Source: Strigamia acuminata (lineage: Eukaryota). Taken from it: a DNA stretch of 64,000 bases. The translations under genes were made by a program, and so were the position numbers. The stretch's first letter is position 1. The number at the start of each line of letters is the position of its first letter. Below are positions 28,601 through 39,371 of this stretch, in pieces. The stretch spans positions 2,852,001-2,916,000 of the forward strand of contig OX442314.1 in the NCBI GenBank assembly GCA_949358305.1, given 5' to 3'. The notes beneath the pieces are model-generated. The model saw nothing but the letters and a program-made list of their open reading frames with translations. It made no database searches and was not told the DNA's origin.

Positions 28601-30550
28601 GCAATCGATGCAATTCCTTTTCGAGGTCAGGCTTAACGGACAGCGGAACTGGGTAGGCCTTGAGAAATATCGGTTTGAAATGTGTGTCAATGTCAATACT
28701 CACGGTGGTCGGCAGGTAGCGACCAATCTCGTCACGAAAAACGTTTTCGTGTTTGCGCAGCAAAGCGTCCAACTTTGCCAAAATTTCCGGAGTCGCTGTG
28801 GTGAGCGGAGCAGCAAACGGCAGAGGAGCGGCAGACGTCGCAGGAGCAGCGGCAGCAGCAGCAGCAGCAGGGGCGTCTGTCACAGCCGGCGGCGGAACGA
28901 GAGGAGCAGCGACGGGCGGAGGTGTGGGCACAGCACCTGCACTCGGCGTGAGGGCGTACACGACAGCACCAACCGCATCCTTTGTTTTCTCGATGAGGCC
29001 AAACGCATCCAGCCAGTCGCGACCCAGCAGCGGAACGGTGCCAGCGGTCGCCACACACAACGGCAAACGAAACGAACGATCGCCATAATGCACCGGGACG
29101 GTGCAAACGCCTTCCATCGGCAGCGCGTGGCCGTCGTACGACGACATCTCGATGTCCAGCGGATCTAAAGGAAACTGACAAAAATGCTGATTATAAAATT
29201 GGTTACTAATGAACGTTGCACCAGCGCCTGTGTCCAACTCCATCCAGAGCTTGGTGGACGCAATGACAACTTCAATAACAAGCGGTTTGACGCGCTTGAT
29301 TGCCACAGCATTAACAGTTCCAGTTCGAGGTGACTCCGACGGTTCAATCGAATAAAAGGGCAGCTGCTTTGGTTCCACATCGATTGCGTGATGTGGCGTC
29401 GACTTCGAAGCAGCTTGCAAGCATGCCGACTGGATATGGCCTTCGCGACCGCAGTTGTTGCATTTGTACGTGCGGTATTTGCAGTCCGCACGTTTGTGAC
29501 CTTTTCCGCCGCAGGAATAGCACTTGTCGGGGTCGCGTTGGTGTTTCGCACCCGTTGACTTGCGGTGGGGCCCAGCGGCGCCCTTCGCGGAGCGTTTGCC
29601 ACTGTCATTGAACTTTGAATTGAATTTCGACTTGTTACTGACTTGATGCACGGAGGTGGACGCGGCGGTAAAACTCATTATGTCGGAGCTGGCCAACTCA
29701 GCAGCGATGGCGGCAGCCAAGGCTGTCTCGAAGGTAAGATCAGTTTTCAAGTAAAGTGTTTCCTGGACTGCTCGCATGTTGAGTCCAAAAATGAACTGAT
29801 TCCTCAGCTCGTTGTTGAGGTTATCACCCAGCTCACAATATTTTGTGAGCGCTTGTAAGGCGTCGGCGAACTCGGTGACCGTCTCGCCTTTGTTGCGTCG
29901 GCGGGAACGGAAACGAATGAGCTCGCCCTGGGCCAGCGGCTTCGGTTTCTGATGTTTCTCGACGAGTGCCGTGATTTCCGCGTATTTCATTGTGGGTGGG
30001 TCTCTTGGCCGGACCAAATCCACGATTTTTTGTACCGTTGCCATGCCGACACAGGCCAACAGGTAGTTGACCTTGTCTGCGTCTTGCGTGATTTTATTAC
30101 AAGCAAAGACGCACTTCATTTGAAATAAATACGTTGAATAGTCGTCCGACGGGTTGTATTTTTCGGGGTTCCCGGTCAGCGGCATCGAAATGGCAGGAAA
30201 ATACGAGCGAAAATGGGGATCGTGTAGGAAAAACTCACGTGGCCCACGTTAGGCCTAGCACGCGGACGCGTGGTCAGAAAGTCCGAAAATCGTCGAAAAT
30301 CGCATCTAGACACTCCAAACTTCTGTGGATGTTGCGTGGAACATTAATCTCATCCCTCGTCGCCAATTGAAGTGTATGATGGATTTAGATGGATTGATGG
30401 TGTTGGATTGAGACAGGAACAACTCAGGGTTTGACCATCACCTTGGTGGCTATTTGCATAAGTGCATTTATTCTACAGGTACACACAGGTGGCGCTGCAA
30501 AGGGCGGCGTCACAAAATGTCAAAATAAGTATGGAGTACAATACACTCCA
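25658..30550 (-). mobile_element. Full-length Ty3/Gypsy LTR retrotransposon (Mag-like)
   Basis: 183-bp LTRs at 25658-25840 and 30368-30550 look identical. TSD TTGAT (25653-25657, 30551-30555). Minus-strand PBS TGGCGACGAGG next to the 5' LTR. Purine-rich tract before the 3' LTR. Confidence 0.95.
25968..30185 (-). CDS. Gag-Pol polyprotein, 1405 aa (two CCHC knuckles, PR, RT, RNase H, integrase)
   Basis: CYSCGGKGHKRADC and CNNCGREGHIQSAC; LDTGA; YIDD; TVDASPVG, TDHKPL, ADGLSR; HAGHYG...CDAC; HIDFAGP, SDNGPQF. Confidence 0.95.
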   Translation of the reverse strand: MPLTGNPEKYNPSDDYSTYLFQMKCVFACNKITQDADKVNYLLACVGMATVQKIVDLVRPRDPPTMKYAEITALVEKHQKPKPLAQGELIRFRSRRRNKGETVTEFADALQALTKYCELGDNLNNELRNQFIFGLNMRAVQETLYLKTDLTFETALAAAIAAELASSDIMSFTAASTSVHQVSNKSKFNSKFNDSGKRSAKGAAGPHRKSTGAKHQRDPDKCYSCGGKGHKRADCKYRTYKCNNCGREGHIQSACLQAASKSTPHHAIDVEPKQLPFYSIEPSESPRTGTVNAVAIKRVKPLVIEVVIASTKLWMELDTGAGATFISNQFYNQHFCQFPLDPLDIEMSSYDGHALPMEGVCTVPVHYGDRSFRLPLCVATAGTVPLLGRDWLDAFGLIEKTKDAVGAVVYALTPSAGAVPTPPPVAAPLVPPPAVTDAPAAAAAAAAPATSAAPLPFAAPLTTATPEILAKLDALLRKHENVFRDEIGRYLPTTVSIDIDTHFKPIFLKAYPVPLSVKPDLEKELHRLQALGIISPVASSKWATPIMHVRKSEGTMKIAGCYNRTVNKAVLPCSYPLPLFADVAAKLSGGESYSTLDMNHAYNQLELDDASKDLCTINTHIGLFCVNRLFYGISTAPALFQRTMDDLTTEIDATQPYIDDSAVTGATNDIHLDNLDRLLAAFNRSGLTLSKSKCKFLRQSVDFLGLRISKQGISPIASKIEPLRNSSRPLDVTSLKSFIGLVNYYRRFVPNLSTLLEPLYSLTRDNVKWTWTKQHETAWQEVRTSVSTESALAHYDQRKPVFLTVDASPVGVGAFLSHIDSAAVHRPIAFASSLLSPAQRNYAQIDREGYAIVFGVRKFHHYLFGRRFMLRTDHKPLVSIFGEKKGCNQIVAARLHRWAVFLSAYDFQITHVPAADNAIADGLSRNPQPLIDTTEDLEVGAIQIFSTSVRQFPVSPTSLLAAYAADPLLQAVLQCARNGWQHHTPEMAPFYKHRDSFSIFDNVLFLSDRIVVPVGLQAAILAELHAGHYGIVRTKSLARTTVWWPGIDNDVERTLRSCDACQRALPAPPRSSTTRWPIPDEVWGRVHIDFAGPFLGKSFLLAVDAKSKWCEVRAMSSTTTAATIAVLQDWFAQHGLPIHVHSDNGPQFTAACFREFLAGNGVRHMFSPPYHPATNGAVEGFVKTFKHQLEKLIKQNLLLAEALNRFLFSYRSSPHVTTQKSPAEIFLQRQLRTRLHLLNPRLLPDVAIMDKARSFEIGDPVYVRDYRHDDKWVPGTVSAKNSSTTYTVEVANAVKWSRHMDQMRKRVIIGRPLPIEGESSSSFPFVWPQDLLQTAQTPAARTTATQALAHAPTLTAVIPAQPIAPVPVAMPVLRPLTPPAIPALPARRRRSGRNRKQTQFYGFPQ

Positions 30551-30965
30551 TTGATGATGTTGTTTGTCGCCTCTAGGCCATTATTGGTACTCGGTGCCCC
30601 TTTGTAATGGCCAGTGTGCCAGCCAATGAAGTGTTCTAAGTATTCATCAACAGAGCACAGTTCGGGAAACGTTGGGGATACATTCGTAAGTGTTGGGGGC
30701 AGTCTGCTAACAAATGGGTCTAAATTGGCTGGGGGGGAACACCAATATAAGAGGAGGAAAGTATAGTTAGGGGGTACTTGATTTTAATTGGGGGGGGGGG
30801 GGGGTTTGGATTGGGGGAAAATTTAAATCAATTTAGGGGGGAAATGAGTCATAAATGGGGGGGATAATTTGTCGCCTCTCTCAATCTCATCCAACTGGTT
30901 GTGTTGTGTTGTTTGTACAAGTAATAAAAGAAACAAAATTGTCATATCACATTTTTATTTAATTT

Positions 30966-33900
30966 TCAATCGAATCCGTCAAACAGGCGACACAAACCGC
31001 CGTCTGGGGTCGTTTTTCCAAACACATCCGGCCGTTTGGGCTTCGCGGGCCGAACCTGGGGTGGCAAACATTTCATGTGAACGGGTTTCGTGAACAGCTG
31101 CCCGATATTTTTCTACAGAAAAAAGACAAAAAATTAATCAATTAAATTTCAATTCCAATTCAAATTCAACTTCAGCTCTCAACGGACCCCGATGATGTTG
31201 CCGACGATTTTCTTGAACATGTCTTTCCTCTTCTTCTCGGGTTTGCGCTCTTCCGTCTGCAGCAACATGTTGTCCAACATTTGCAGCAACTGCACGGGGC
31301 AGTCGGGGATTTGGTGCAAAACGGCGGAAACCTGCGGGTGCTGAGGCCGCAGAGATTCATACGCTTGGAATGCTACGTTGAGCAGGCCGCCCTGGTTGCC
31401 CTCGTGCTGTCCGTGCACTTGCAGACCCATCAGCAGACACATGAGCACATCTTTGGCGTCGTCGCCGCTCAGAGAACCCGAAATAACCAACTGAAAAAAA
31501 AATTGAAATAAATAAAAAAAAATAAAAATAAAAATAAAAATAAAAAGGTTCATCCGTCTCACTAATTGAATACGTCAATAAATTGGTTGTGATTTTTGTG
31601 ATAATAAATAATTGCATAAAGTTACTACCGGTAACTGCAACTTTCAGGTACTGTATGTATTGTAGAACTATGATTTGACCAGGTTAAACCTGAGTAATCC
31701 TTTGGGGAGCCTGAGCACTTCCGATAGATTAATATATACTCGAGTTGCAATCAAAAAGGCACCTCACAATGTGTACTCCCATTGGTCGAGCCAGTTTACT
31801 ACTAACTCCAGACTGTATACTACTACTAGGAGAAGTAGTTTTGATTTTTATTTATTGTTGTGATTGTTATGACTAGTTTAGTTAATGTTATTTTGATTTT
31901 ATTTAATAAAAAATGTTATTTCCATCATTAAAATGAAGTTTTACACATTAAAAAATGTCAAACTCATGTTTGTAGTGTTTATTGCTTACATCGTCTGGAA
32001 GTTTGAATTTTAGGCCGTTGCCTAGGCAATCGATTACAATGTCTGTACACTGTAATGCAATTTTGGTGTTTGGGTCTACTTTTCCGGATCACTACACCAG
32101 TAAACTGGCTCGACCAATGAGAGTACACATTGTGAGGTGCCTTTTTGAGTGCAACTCGTGTATAGATTACAGTTACAGAAGCCAACTGTTAAGAAGAAAT
32201 AACAATTTGCGAAAAGAAGAATATAGAATAAAATCTGAGTCTTTTAAGCACTGGTTGGGAGACCCGTCGCTTCGACCTCAGGGGCGCTTGGCACAATTGT
32301 CCACTGCCTGGATAATCCGGCCCTGGGTTTGACTTAGGTTGCCGTGGAACGGAAAAAGTTTGGGAACAAGTAGCTACATTCCAAAACTCCCGATTCAGCG
32401 GTGTCGAGTTAGCCAATATGACGTCATTTCCGAAAAAAAAAGTGCATGTCTGAGGCACTAACATGGCTGAAACGGAAACGTGAATTCAAACACATTTTAG
32501 CAGACACATTGCGAGCATATCTTGAAACTGGTCTGTCTTCCTCTATTTTGTATGGAAATACAGTAAGCCTTCAAATGACACGTGTAATGATCTGATTTTT
32601 TTTTCAAAGACTGTCTTTTTGCTTTCACCAAAGTCTAATATTACTCTCTGCTACACCATAGCAACAGTGTTATTATGTTCTCCTGCAAACTGCACGACAA
32701 GCAATTTAAATCCTGCTTCAAAGGGTCAACGTTTACGCTTATGTTGGTTACACGTTATAAGTTACGCACAGCCTTGGACATAAAAATCGTCCCAGTCCAG
32801 CATGAAGCTCACCTACACGTTACACTTTTTTATTTATTAAGCTTTGCATATATTGCAAACCCCTAAATTTAAGGTGCTTTCTTTCACCATAAATTTACAT
32901 ATACAGTAAAAATTATCAACTTGAGGTGCTAAAAGGATAAATACATCCTCCATTCCCACGAAGTACATCAATAAATAAATAAAGAAAGAAAAAGAAAGAA
33001 AGGAAACAAATAAATAAATAATTACGTGTTTGATGAGAGAACTGCACAAGGGGAGCGTTTTGTTGCAAATGGTCGAGTCGTTCCAAGAGAGTGCACGGAA
33101 ACAGCAACACACGATCGAAGAGCAAAGTGCCTTCAAATCAAACGAAATACATTTTAAAAAAATCCAAATCAAAAATTAAAAAATTAAAAATTAAAATATA
33201 AAAATAAAAAAACGCACTCCATGTTTGAGGACCAGCTGACCCAATTCGGCCAGATTGGTAACGTTGTCCTCGTCCATCGTAGCTTCGCTCGTAGCGCTCC
33301 TTTTCCCCTGAAGAATCGCAGCTGGAACAAAACAATTTAAAAAATTTAAATTCATCAATAATTTTTAAATTTTTTTTCCTCAAACCGAGCAATTCGACGT
33401 ATTCGCGCGACATCAATCGATTCACTTGGTCCTCCAACAGCTCCTGCACTTCGGAATTTTCGTCCCCGTCGTGGACGTCGCCGTTCGGCTGCATCCACTT
33501 GTTATGCAGCCTGTGAAACATATACGGACACAGCTCGACCAACACGGGCACAAGCGTGGCCTCGTAGCACTCGCTCGGACAAAACTGTACGAAAGGTTTC
33601 ATGAAGATGCGAATAATCGAGCGCAGTCTGTAGTCTGGCACGAGATCCACGTTGCACAGCACGTGCGAAATGACGCGCTCGCCGAGCCCGGGCACCACGT
33701 AGAACTCGTGCATCAAGTTCGGGCCCGCGTTGCCCAGAATGTGGTAGCAAAAGTCGTGAACGCTCGTCACGAAGTGCTGCATCCGCTCCAGTGGCTGCTT
33801 CGAGTCGCTCGCCGTCGCGTCCGACTGAACGGGAGCGGGCATGACGATCACCTTGTCCACATCCCACATGTCGTATGCGCGCCGGTACTCCGGCGCCAGT

Positions 33901-36900
33901 CGCGCCCTCGCTTCAGGGACCCACAAATTATTCAACGAGCTGTTTTTAAAAAAGAAGAAAATTTATTTTAAATCATGTTAAATCATTTTAAATCCTTTCA
34001 AATTATTACCGGATCAACTGGAACAGATTGTCGAGGAAAGGCAGAACAAAGGGTGCGGACGGATTGCAGAGGACAGCGGCGCCGTTCGCACACTGGCGGT
34101 AAAAGCCACCGCGAACGGCCACGTCCCGGTCTGCGGGCCACTTGGTCCGTTTGATCACCCCCAAAATGGCCATGACGCAGAAAACGATGTGGCTTCTGTT
34201 GGCGCCGAACACGTCCTCTTCGCCGGCCGCCACGGGGGTCCGCGTCAGTCCCACGAAATGCATCAACGTCTCGGCCGACGAAAATGCACTGCAAAACAAA
34301 TCCAAGTGTTAAGAATCAAGTCTGCTTATATTAGAAAAATCAATAAATTTGCACAATTAATAGGAGCCAAGGCTCTTATTCTAATTCCAAGGCGCTTTTT
34401 CTTTGACCGTTCCTTCCGTTCGCTCTACGGATTAAAATAATAATAATCTTATCACAAATAAATGTCTAAATTGAACAAAACGACTAAAATAAGTGTCTAA
34501 ATTGGACAAAACGACTAAAATAAGCATCTAAATTGGACAAAACGACTAAAATAAGCGTCTAAATTGGACAAAACGACTAAAATAAGCGTCTAAATTGGAC
34601 AAAACGACTAAAATAAACGTCTAAATTGAACAATTCGACTGAAACAAGTGTCTAAATTGATCAAGAAAGCTAATCTAAACTTTTCAACTGACCAAACTGA
34701 TTGGATTGAACATCTAAATCAAGGTTCTATCAATCCAATTTGAACTATTAAAAGACAATCCTTTAACATCGGATGCAAATGATGAAATATAGAGAAAATT
34801 GCAATTTACAAAGTGATTTCTTGACTGAGCCAGATGTTCTTGACCGGCGCCAAGTGGTTCTGGAAAAAGGCCGCCTGCTGCTGGTAGTCGTTGAACTGGT
34901 TGGTGATGAGCACGAGCGCTTCGTACAGAGTGCACTTCTCCATTTGCGACAGCTGGTTCGGGTCGGCGCTGAGCAGCTCGAGACGCTGGCGGATCTGCTC
35001 GAACGACGACACGAGCAGCGTCGGGTGATGCTTGCACATCTTGACGAGCGACGAGCACGCGTGGCGGCGAACGTTCTTCACGGCCCGGCTGCGGTTCGAT
35101 TTGGTCTGGCCGGGCAGCGAGAAAGTCATGGCCGCGAACAGTTTGTCCAGCACGGCGGGCAGAGCCTCGTTCGACAGCGTGAGGAAGACGAAGAGCGCCG
35201 AGATGCACGAGAGCGCGCACGAGAGCACGAGGGGGTCGTCGGTGCGGTGGTTGACGACGGAGCGCAGCATGAGGATGCCCTGCTCGGCCGTGGGTTTAGC
35301 TCTGTCCGTTTCTAACAGTTTGGTGCACACGGCGTCGAGGTAGACGGCGAGCGCCTCCCACTCGAGGAACGAGGCTGCGGCGGCTGGGGCGGCCAGTTGC
35401 TGTTGGAGCCACGAGGCGGCTATGTTGAATGTCTCGAGGGGACACATGACGGTGGCCAAGCGTAACATGTCGGTGATTTCCGTGCGATATTCTTAGAGAA
35501 AAATACAATTAATTAAATAAATCGTATTAATATTTCTCTTTTTTCAAAAGTTTTGTTCGATTTTTTGACAAATTACAATCGAATTTTGTTCAACTTTGTT
35601 AATTTTTCACAAACTTTAAGTCGAATTTTGATCAATTTTGTTGATTTTTTTTTTAAAAAATTTTGATCAATTTTGTTGATTATTCACATATTTTGATCAA
35701 TTTTGTTAATTTTTCAAAAATTTTGATCAATTTTGTTGATTTTTCACAAATTTTGATCAATTTTGTTGATTTTTCACAAATTTTGATCAATTTTGTTGAT
35801 TTTTCACATATTTTGATCAATTTGTTAATTTTTCATAAATTTTGATAAATTTAATTCAAAATTTAATGAAATTTCTTGCTTTTGGACAAATTTAAGTCAA
35901 ATTTTAATAAACTTTGTCAATTTTTCACAACTTTTTCACGAATTTTGATAATTTGCGTTGCTTTTTCACAAATATCGTCAAACTTTGATTAATTCTGACT
36001 AACGCTTCACGTTTTTCTCATTAATTACTGGAAAAGAACACGTTGAAATCCTCCTCATTATCGAAATCGAAAATCGAATACTGGCAACTCTGATGATCAC
36101 TTCGCGACGGCGAGCCAACCTTAATCAACTTAAGTCGCGAAACCTGAGCAATACGCGCAACAAACGACTGCAAAACCGAATCCTGACAAATCAATTCGTG
36201 TTTCAGAAACGACGACCACAGCGACTGCGTCAAATGATTCAACATCTAAAAACACAAAACAAATCAATAAATCAATTTTAAAATTTAAATCAATTTAAAC
36301 TTCCTCTACCTGACTCGGGTGACAAGTAAATGCAAAAATGGCATTCAGATAAACCTCGAAATACTCCGGCCGTCCGACGTCACCGGAACCCCAGAGCACC
36401 GTCAATTGGTTCCCAATGCCGACCAACACCTGGCAAAGGCGTTTGAGGAACGTGAAACGACGCTCGTCCACCGGATTCGACGACGCCGTCCTTGAAGAAA
36501 TCGAAAAAATCGATAAAATCGACAAAAGAACAAAATTTCAATATTTTACTCTGCTGCTTGGTAAATGTGTTTCATGCATTGTTCCGTGAAGAGCTCAAGA
36601 CACGGCTTCCGTTCTTCGATTTTACCCTGGCGAGAAAGAAGAAAATATATTTTTTTGTTTAGGTTTGTAAAATTGTTTGTTACTTTTCGGCTGACGATTT
36701 GCAGCAAACATTCAGCCGCCTGCAACTGAAGTTTCTCCGCGGTCAAAAGCGAGCAAAGCGACGGCAAAAGCCCTTGGTGCGACCATAGGTGAGCGAAAGG
36801 AATCCATTCCGCGAACGCCGTGAAGGTTTCCAGCACGGCGATGGTCATTTGGCAGTGAATTTGTGTCTGGAAATAAAAAAAATCAAGAAAATCAAGAAAA

Positions 36901-39014
36901 TAAATTTAAAAACTGTAAAAAAAATCAAGAAAAATCACGAAAAATTACGAAAAATCAAGAAAATAAATTTAAAAACTAAAAAAAATCAAGAAAAATCACG
37001 AAAAATCAAGAAAATTCAAAAATATTCAAGAAAAATTATGAAAATTCAAGAATAATTATGAAAATCCAAGAAAAATTATGAAAATTCAAGAAAAATTATG
37101 AAAATTCAAGAAAATTAATTTAAAAACTGCAAAATAAATCACGAAAAATCACGAAAAATCCTGAAAAATCAAGAAAAATCACGAAAAATCCTGAAAAATC
37201 AAGAAAAATCACGAAAAATCAAGAAAATTCAAAAGAATTCAAGAAAAATTGAAAAAACTTAAGAAAAATTATGAAAATTCAAAAGAATTCAAGAAAAATT
37301 GAAAAAACTTAAGAAAAATTATGAAAATTCAAAAAAATCAAGAAAAATCAAGAAAATTTACGAAAAATCACAAAAATCAAGAAAAATCAAGAAAATTCAC
37401 GAAAAATCAAGAAAATTCACGAAAAATCAAGAAAATTCACGAAAAATCAAGAAAATTCACGAAAAATCAAGAAAATTCACGAAAAATCAAGAAAATTCAT
37501 AATAATTCAAGAAAAATCAAGAAGAATCAAGAAATTTTCAAGAACATAGAAATTTGATTATTATTGTCTCACTTGTTGATGAAAATGATCGTTGGCACTT
37601 AAGAACTTGTTGGTGTGATTGAACAAGAGTTGAATGAAAAAGTTTAAAACGAACCCCAAATTGTGGGTCAAAGCTTGGTGCAGTTCGCGGCGCCGGTGCG
37701 AGGAAATGTTCTGCAAAGTCACCGTGTCTTCGGCCAACCGAAGCAGGATCAACAAAACCAATTCCGTTTGCGTTTCCTACAAATAAATTGCATGAAATTA
37801 ATTACAATTATAAATTTAAAAAAAGAAAGATCATTGCAAATGGCGACACAAAATTGTGCGTTGATTTAACTAAAAATTAATCTAACGTCTCACGTCTTGT
37901 GTTTCGTCTTACAAATACAAATAAAGTTATAATTTGTTGTGTAAAACCCCATATTATATTTCTTCATTATGTTTCATTCAAGAAAACAAAAAAAAAAGTT
38001 TTGTACAATTTTCGAACCTTTTTTGAGCAAAAAATGTATTTTTAGGTAGAAAAATGCACTTCAAAACAAAAATAATGCATTTTTAAACGGAATTATGCAC
38101 ATTTTAACTGAAATAATGCATTATTAGACAGAAATAATGCATTATTAGACAGAAATAATGCATTATTAGACAGAAATAATGCATTATTAGACAGAAATAA
38201 TGCATTATTAGACAGAAATAATGCATTATTAGACAGAAATATGCATTATTAGACAGAAATATGCACATTTAAACTGAAATAACGCATTTTTAGACAGAAA
38301 TATGCACATTTAAACTGAAATAACGCATTTTTAGACAGAAATATGCACATTTAAACCGAAATAACGCATTTTTAGACAGAAATATGCACATTTAAACTGA
38401 AATAACGCATTTTTAGACAGAAATATGCACATTTAAACCGAAATAACGCATTTTTAGACAGAAAAATACACTTTTGTGTGTTTTTAGCAAAAATTGCGAG
38501 AAAAATCGTAATTATTATTACCCCAGAATTACTAGCGTTGTGCAATTCTTCCAAAAGCGTGGGCCACTCCTGCGGCCACTGTCGTTTGATAATTTCCACC
38601 ACGATTTTCGAAACGGCATTTTTAATAAACGCCGGTTCCGCGAGCATGTGGTTCGTCCCGGATATCAACAATTTAACCGCGTTGTCTCGAATAAATTGTT
38701 TTTCGTCTGAATTTAAATTATTCCACCGATATCTAAAAAAAAAAAAAAATTAAAAAAATCCGAAAATTCGTGCGATTTTTAACGATTTACTTGATGCAGT
38801 GCTCTATGAGCTGTAGTCCCGTGTGCCTAACTATGGGCGAATTGTTTATAGCGGATAGATACAGACCGCATTGCACGCAATACGGCGACGTCTCCTTGAA
38901 ATTTTCGCAAAATTCATTAGCTCGCAACCTCTGTTGATGATCGGCCGCTTCGTTCATCACAATTTCAACGGCCATGATTAATTTTTTCCCCAATTCTTCG
39001 ATTGTGGACTCCAT
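30966..39014 (-). CDS. XPO5: Exportin-5 (pre-miRNA nuclear export receptor), ~14 exons
   Basis: N-terminal importin-beta-like AVEIVM...QRLRANEFCENFKE...VRHTGLQLIEHCIK; VEIIKRQWPQEWP; LLRLAEDTV; FLKRLCQVL; FLEWEAL; RSRAVKNVRRHACSSL; LQVHGQHEG; IGQLF near the C-terminus. GT-AG introns. Confidence 0.92.
31730..32170. mobile_element. Intronic inverted-repeat element (MITE-like) in XPO5
   Basis: About 70-bp inverted arms, 31730-31800 vs 32099-32170 (gagttgcaatcaaaaaggcacctcacaatgtgtactc / gagtacacattgtgaggtgcctttttgagtgcaactc). Confidence 0.65.
34460..34660. repeat. Intronic ~31-bp minisatellite
   Basis: ctaaattggacaaaacgactaaaataagcgt tandem copies. Confidence 0.85.
35570..35950. repeat. Intronic 30-bp minisatellite
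   Basis: ttttgatcaattttgttgatttttcacaaa tandem copies. Confidence 0.85.
36870..37545. repeat. Intronic 10/20-bp A-tract array
   Basis: gaaaaatcaa/gaaaattcac alternating units. Confidence 0.88.
38030..38470. repeat. Intronic ~21-bp (and ~41-bp dimer) minisatellite
   Basis: aataatgcattattagacaga and variants. Confidence 0.85.
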
Positions 39015-39357
39015 GATCTGAAAAATATACCATGCTCTGCGCCATGAATGGTGTCTCCACGCCGCGCCATCTATCAACAACAATTAAATACAAAAATCGA
39101 TTTTATTTCATTTTCATTTTATTTTATGCTTAATCTTTTATTTCTTAATGTTTTATCAAAAGATGAAATAGGAAAATGTTTCCTCAGTTTATTTTTTAAT
39201 TTTATTCGTTCGAAGCTTTTAGTTTACGTGGCAAGATGTCGCCACGTGAATGGAGTTTGTTTCGATCGATACAATGGGAATAATTATTTTTAAGAAATTA
39301 ATTTCGTCTTTATGTGCGTTAAAAATAATTTAGATCGCGTTGAAAATTCAAAATTCG

Positions 39358-39371
39358 GTCGCCATGGCAAC
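39358..39371 (+). promoter_or_regulatory. RFX X-box motif in the divergent XPO5/TCTE1 promoter region
   Basis: GTCGCCATGGCAAC fits GTNRCC-N0-3-RGYAAC and sits at the start of a ciliary gene. Confidence 0.7.

Larger units (their letters stand above)
25114..30776 (-). mobile_element. Decayed Mutator-like (MULE) DNA transposon hosting the Gypsy insertion
   Basis: Imperfect inverted ends (ccccctaactttact / agtatagttagggggt). 21-bp subterminal repeats at 25160-25360 with inverted copies at about 30670-30700. Minus-strand transposase remnants GAPSTNNGLEATNNII (about 30555-30600), continuing ETLQERLPI after the TSD, and AT-hook IPIGQKQKRGRPSKAKRAL (about 25380-25435). Confidence 0.7.

Noticed and set aside
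26187..30370. Many short ORFs overlapping the Gypsy polyprotein
   Set aside because: Alternative-frame by-products of a GC-rich coding region; no env-like or other domain recognised.
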